Position numbers and translations under genes: made by a program. The notes below the pieces were generated by a model. That model was not told the DNA's origin. It searched no databases and worked only from the letters and a program-made list of their open reading frames with translations. A stretch of DNA of 62,915 nt, filler included. It is 6 parts of 6 records of this genome, joined end to end, with 100 filler letters (N's around TTAATTAATTAA, not from the genome) between each part and the next. Parts side by side here need not be neighbours in the genome. Positions count along the whole stretch, not along the records: positions 57,109 to 62,915 come from SRR20825019_1973; 5 more parts are not named here. One strand, written 5' to 3'. Positions 58,506-62,915 of this stretch are shown piece by piece (positions within the stretch are counted from its first letter, which is position 1; each line of letters opens with the position of its first letter).

Positions 58506-58943
58506 ATGAAACGCAACATTGACGACATTGATCGCCGCCTGATCGCCCGGCTGCAACAAAACGCCCGCACCCCGATTGCGGCCCTTGCGCGTGATGTCGA
58601 TCTGTCACGAAGTGCTGTTCAGGAACGCCTTGAACGCCTTGAAAAGGCAAAGGTCATAACCGGATACACAATACAGCTTGGCGAACAAGCACGTGCGCTT
58701 TTGCTTGCCGAAGTCATGATACAGGTCGAACAGAAACAGTCTGCCGGGGTGGTCGGCGCGCTTCAGAAAATAACCCACTGCATTCGGTGCCTTGCGATTT
58801 CCGGTGAATATGACCTGATCGCCGAAATTGCCGCCGACACATCCGAAGAACTTGATACCGTTCTTGACCAAATCGGGGCCTTGCCCGGAATTAAACGCAC
58901 GGCAAGCTCAATCATCCTTTCCACGAAATTTGATAGACGATAA
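58506..58943 (+). CDS. Lrp/AsnC family transcriptional regulator
   Basis: IDDIDRRLIARLQQNAR...LSRSAVQERLERLE HTH; ISGEYDL RAM domain; divergent from the dehydrogenase. Confidence 0.95.
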   Translation: MKRNIDDIDRRLIARLQQNARTPIAALARDVDLSRSAVQERLERLEKAKVITGYTIQLGEQARALLLAEVMIQVEQKQSAGVVGALQKITHCIRCLAISGEYDLIAEIAADTSEELDTVLDQIGALPGIKRTASSIILSTKFDRR

Positions 58944-58955
58944 ACTGCCCCCGGG

Positions 58956-60833
58956 TTGGGGAGCCTCTGTTCGGGAATTTTCAAAAAATTGGCTGAAAAA
59001 CGCAGATATTCCGTCCTGACTGTTCTGCTTGCCGGGTTTTCTGTCACCAGCATTCTTGGTGTCGGTATTGCCCTTTATGTCGGACTTGGGGCCGCCTATC
59101 AAAACACCCGCAACCTTTGGGTCATGCTTAGCGATCTGGACCTGACATCGGTCCAGCGAACCATGCATGAACGGATGGACAATGTGGGTAAACGTGCGGT
59201 CTGGGTCGCCGATCAGGTGGCAAGTGGCGCTCTGGATCCAAGCTTTCAGTATGGCTGGAACAATGCGATGCGCGCGCTTTCGGCGTCGCAAATCGATGTG
59301 ATGGCCTATGGTCTGATTACCGGCGACCGCCAGTTTATCGGCTATAATCCCGAAAATATGAGCGAAATCCGCCGTACATTGCCCAGCGATGATGTTATTT
59401 TTTCAGAACTGGCGCATTTGCGCGGACCAACGGTTAATCACACCGGTTTTCCACGATGGGACCCCTATTTCAAGCAGACAGTGATTGCTGATTGGATTCC
59501 ATTGTTTGCGGACGGCCGCTACGTCGGAACATTCATCCAGTATCTGTCACTGTCAAACCTGTCCAACAGCCTTATCCGTGGGCGCGAGGACTTGCCTGGT
59601 GTTCCGTTTATCCTGATCGCCGGAAACCGTGTCATGGCCCATCCACGTCTTCGTGAATGGGGCGATAGTGCTGCATCGGCACTGGTAAATGGCGCGGATA
59701 TAGCACGCAGCCCTATTCCCCTTCCGACGATCAATGATATCGGCGATCCGGTTCTGGCCAATATCGGCAAGTCCGAGTCCATTGATATTGGCGATGAAAG
59801 CAAAAAACGCCCCGAAGCCAAAAACCTTCGCCTGTCCGGCCTTGATCTTGATGGCCGCTATTCGATGATCGTCACCAAACAGATGATGAATACCCCCTTC
59901 TCGCCGATCATCATCGGGATCCATTTCGAAGAAGAACTGTTTGATGACGAATGGAACAGACTGGTTCTGGCATCGGTGATGGGGGGGACTGTTTTGCTGC
60001 TATCGATCATCGTTGCCGTGATCATTGCCCGTCACTTTACCAAACCGATCCGCCGTTTTGCCGCCGCCGCCCGGGCATTTGAGGAAGATGGCATCGAAAA
60101 CCACGATTTCCCCGACCTTAAAGGCAGCCGTATTCGCGAATATGATGATGCCGCACGATCATTCAATCACATGATCAAGGCCGTCCATGACCGCGAACGG
60201 ATCAGCAGCCTGTTTGGCAAATTCCTGCCGGCCTCCATTGCCCGCAAACTTCTGGCATCGGGAACCGATTCCGGGGTTCTTCCGCCGCAGCAGTGCGAGG
60301 CAACTGTCCTGTTTGTCGATATCGAAGGCTTCACGACATTATGTGAAGAACTTGAACCGCAACAGATCATCTCGATGCTCAATGCCTATTTTGATTGCGC
60401 GACCGGCATTATCGAAGAACATGGTGGCATCATTACCCAGTTCCAGGGTGACGCAATTCTTGCGGTATTTAACGCCTTTGATGAATTGCATGACCATGCC
60501 GATGCGGCCCTTGATTCGGCCATCGCCATTCAGCATGCCGTCAAAACCCGCCAGTTTGACGGACTTTCCATTCATTGCCGCTGCGGGGTGAATACCGGGC
60601 GCATGATCGCCGGGAATGTCGGTGCAAGTGCCCGCCTGTCCTTTACCGTGCACGGCGATGCCGTCAATACAGCATCGCGGCTTGAACGGGAAAACAAGGA
60701 ACTGGGAACCCGCATCCTTCTATCAGACAGCACCCGCGATCTCCTTTCCGATCCCGAGCGGGTGGTAAAAGCCGGACAAATCCAGTTGCGTGGCCGTCAT
60801 ACCGAAACTCTAATCTATACCTGCCGGAATTGA
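58956..60833 (+). CDS. Membrane class III adenylate/guanylate cyclase (2 TM, periplasmic sensor, HAMP)
   Basis: ATVLFVDIEGFT, TQFQGDAILAVF, GVNTG, FTVHGDAVNTASRLE; exact start uncertain. Confidence 0.92.
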   Translation: MGSLCSGIFKKLAEKRRYSVLTVLLAGFSVTSILGVGIALYVGLGAAYQNTRNLWVMLSDLDLTSVQRTMHERMDNVGKRAVWVADQVASGALDPSFQYGWNNAMRALSASQIDVMAYGLITGDRQFIGYNPENMSEIRRTLPSDDVIFSELAHLRGPTVNHTGFPRWDPYFKQTVIADWIPLFADGRYVGTFIQYLSLSNLSNSLIRGREDLPGVPFILIAGNRVMAHPRLREWGDSAASALVNGADIARSPIPLPTINDIGDPVLANIGKSESIDIGDESKKRPEAKNLRLSGLDLDGRYSMIVTKQMMNTPFSPIIIGIHFEEELFDDEWNRLVLASVMGGTVLLLSIIVAVIIARHFTKPIRRFAAAARAFEEDGIENHDFPDLKGSRIREYDDAARSFNHMIKAVHDRERISSLFGKFLPASIARKLLASGTDSGVLPPQQCEATVLFVDIEGFTTLCEELEPQQIISMLNAYFDCATGIIEEHGGIITQFQGDAILAVFNAFDELHDHADAALDSAIAIQHAVKTRQFDGLSIHCRCGVNTGRMIAGNVGASARLSFTVHGDAVNTASRLERENKELGTRILLSDSTRDLLSDPERVVKAGQIQLRGRHTETLIYTCRN

Positions 60834-60927
60834 CCCGCGCGATATGCTTTTCATTGCGTTCAATCATCAGTAAGCTTTGCCGATAACCCGGAAAAACAAA
60901 CCGGGCCATTGGGGGCATACGGGGAAT

Positions 60928-62769
60928 ATGATGACCAAACGCAGGGGGCGTTTTTCGATACTTGGCGTATTGCTGGGCGCGTTTTTTATGACCAGCGTAC
61001 TCGGTGTGGGGCTTGCACTTCGCCTTGGCCTTGATACGGCTTATGACAACACCCGCAATCTATGGATTGCGATGACCCATGCCGACCTGAAAGACGCGCA
61101 AAATGCCATGCGCAACCGGATCGAACGGATGCAACGCCGCAATATCTGGGTCGCCCGCGAAGTGGCAAATGGCGATCTTTCACCCGATGACACTGCCATC
61201 TGGGACAATACCCTGGCGGCCCTTGTGACCAATGAACTCGATGTGACCGCCATCGGGCTTCTGATGCCCGATGGTCGTTTCCGGTGGTACGATCCAAAGA
61301 CGGACAGGACTGTCTCGCGCCAGGCCGATCCCCAGGAAGACATCATCGCCCGATCCCTGATCGCCTTTGGCCCGGGCCAAAGCATCACGCAGTTTCCACG
61401 CTGGAACAGCCTGGTCAATCAGGTCGTGATCACCGAAATGATCCCGCTGTTTCAAAGGGGGGAATATATCGGATCGCTTGTGCAGCTTGTATCACTTGGC
61501 GATTTTTCACGCGATCTGAAAACGGACCCGACAGAGGCCGGACGCACGCCATTTGTCATCGTCAATGATCATGTCATTGCCCATCCCGCCTTGCCCGACT
61601 GGCACCAGTTGCACCCGCCCGCAAATCTTGGAACCGATGATGTTCTTGGCGTCCTGCCCCGTATCGACGACCTTGCCGATCCGGTTCTTGCACAGATGGA
61701 CCAGTGGCAGACATTTGATTTCAACGACGGCCGAACACCTGATGGAACCAATGGTTCGACGGCCTCGGCACTCGAAACCGCGGGCGGATACCACGTTATC
61801 ATCACCCGGAAATTTGAAGAATCGGCGGGTCTTCCAATTGTAATGGGCATGCATTTTGATCCGACCGTTTTTACCCGCGAATGGGAACGCCTGAAGCTCG
61901 CGACACTGATCGGAACGGCAATCATGGTTCTTGCGATCATACTGGCCGTCATGATCGCGCATTATTTCACGCGCCCGCTGAAACGGTTTTCCGCCGCAAC
62001 AAGGCAACTTGAAACCGGCATGCTTGACGATCTGCCGATCCTACCCGGCAGCCATATCATCGAATTTAACGATGCATCACGATCATTCAACAATATGGCC
62101 ATCACCCTGCGTGACCGCGAACGCATCGGACGGCTGTTTGGCAAATTCCTGCCAACGGCCATCGCCCAGCAATTGCTGGCCTCTGACGATGACACCGGCA
62201 ACATCCAATCCCGCCAGTGCGAGGCATCCATCCTGTTTGTCGATCTGGTCGGCTTTACGACCCTAAGCGAAAAGATCGCCCCGCAACGGATCGTCACCAT
62301 CCTGAATGCCTATTTTGCCAAGGCAACGGCAATCATCGAACAAAATGGCGGCATCATTACCCAGTTCCAGGGCGATGCCATCCTTGCCGTGTTCAATGCC
62401 TTTGACGAAGTGCCCGATCACGCCGATGCGGCGGTCCGCACGGCTGTGGCCCTGCAAAAACTGGTTCACAATGATCTTTTTGACGGCGAAGAACTGCGCT
62501 GTCGTTGCGGGATCAATACCGGCCTGTTGGTGGCGGGCAATGTCGGCGCACCGGATCGGCTGACATTTACCGTGCATGGCGATGCGGTCAACAGTGCCGC
62601 CCGACTGGAAGCCAAAAACAAGGAACTGGGCACACGCATCCTGATCGCAAGCACCACATTCGATCAGCTTTCAGACCCGGCCCAGGCCCGCCTTGCCGAT
62701 GAAATTCTGCTGCGCGGACGCAGCGAAACAACTGCTGTCTATACCATTCCGATAGATGGCATTGATTAA
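60928..62769 (+). CDS. Second tandem membrane class III cyclase (paralogue)
   Basis: ASILFVDLVGFT, TQFQGDAILAVF, FTVHGDAVNSAARLE; same architecture as the upstream gene. Confidence 0.92.
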   Translation: MMTKRRGRFSILGVLLGAFFMTSVLGVGLALRLGLDTAYDNTRNLWIAMTHADLKDAQNAMRNRIERMQRRNIWVAREVANGDLSPDDTAIWDNTLAALVTNELDVTAIGLLMPDGRFRWYDPKTDRTVSRQADPQEDIIARSLIAFGPGQSITQFPRWNSLVNQVVITEMIPLFQRGEYIGSLVQLVSLGDFSRDLKTDPTEAGRTPFVIVNDHVIAHPALPDWHQLHPPANLGTDDVLGVLPRIDDLADPVLAQMDQWQTFDFNDGRTPDGTNGSTASALETAGGYHVIITRKFEESAGLPIVMGMHFDPTVFTREWERLKLATLIGTAIMVLAIILAVMIAHYFTRPLKRFSAATRQLETGMLDDLPILPGSHIIEFNDASRSFNNMAITLRDRERIGRLFGKFLPTAIAQQLLASDDDTGNIQSRQCEASILFVDLVGFTTLSEKIAPQRIVTILNAYFAKATAIIEQNGGIITQFQGDAILAVFNAFDEVPDHADAAVRTAVALQKLVHNDLFDGEELRCRCGINTGLLVAGNVGAPDRLTFTVHGDAVNSAARLEAKNKELGTRILIASTTFDQLSDPAQARLADEILLRGRSETTAVYTIPIDGID

Positions 62770-62794
62770 GAAAAGGGTTGGCAAGCCGCAAAAC

Positions 62795-62833
62795 ACAAAA
62801 CGCCGCATTGGATAAACCGATGCGGCGTTTTGT
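62795..62833. terminator. Bidirectional Rho-independent terminator
   Basis: ACAAAACGCCGCAT...ATGCGGCGTTTTGT perfect inverted repeat between convergent genes. Confidence 0.85.
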
Positions 62834-62861
62834 AAAACCTGAGAGAACAAGGTACCGGGAA

Positions 62862-62915
62862 TTAACCCTGGCGCGCCTTGAAACGCGGGTTCTTTTTATT
62901 GATCACGTATACGCG
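62862..62915 (-). CDS. ykgO: 3' end of type-B (Zn-free) ribosomal protein bL36
   Basis: Minus strand reads RVYVINKKNPRFKARQG*. Confidence 0.88.
   Translation of the reverse strand, partial: RVYVINKKNPRFKARQG

Noticed and set aside
34310-62915. Two bL36 genes (Zn-binding and Zn-free) in one window
   Set aside because: Different contigs and organisms; coincidental.
1-62915. CRISPR arrays, rRNA, tRNA, transposases, defence operons
   Set aside because: None recognised by eye; the cyclases have a TM-HAMP receptor architecture and no adjacent effector, so they are not called Pycsar.

Overview
The window is six unrelated contigs joined by artificial 100-bp spacers (N44-TTAATTAATTAA-N44), so gene neighbourhoods do not extend across spacers. 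Contigs 1 (1-24554), 3 (30125-44702) and 4 (44803-51436) look like one compact protist nuclear genome with short GT-AG introns (48-67 bp in the nine I delimited). After manual splicing, the 20 genes I reconstruct alternate strand at all 17 adjacencies. Every head-to-head gap holds a very GC-rich, palindrome-dense island, while tail-to-tail stop codons can be only 4-31 bp apart. Notable genes are an intronless pseudo-kinesin/ankyrin/CaaX protein, an intron-containing bacterial-type HisD paralogue (HpsN-like), a repeat-region/DRE-TIM-like fusion and a secreted ankyrin-JmjC protein. Contig 2 (24655-30024) is Bacteroidota-like (lepA plus three hypothetical genes and REP-like repeats). Contig 5 (51537-57008) is an AT-richer, probably eukaryotic fragment with two paralogous low-complexity ORFs and a possible NIF-phosphatase relic. 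Contig 6 (57109-62915) is alphaproteobacterial (Thalassospira-like): saccharopine/lysine dehydrogenase, an Lrp regulator, two tandem membrane class III cyclases with Gln at the specificity Lys, and the end of a type-B L36 gene. All family calls come from motif recognition by eye, not from database searches.
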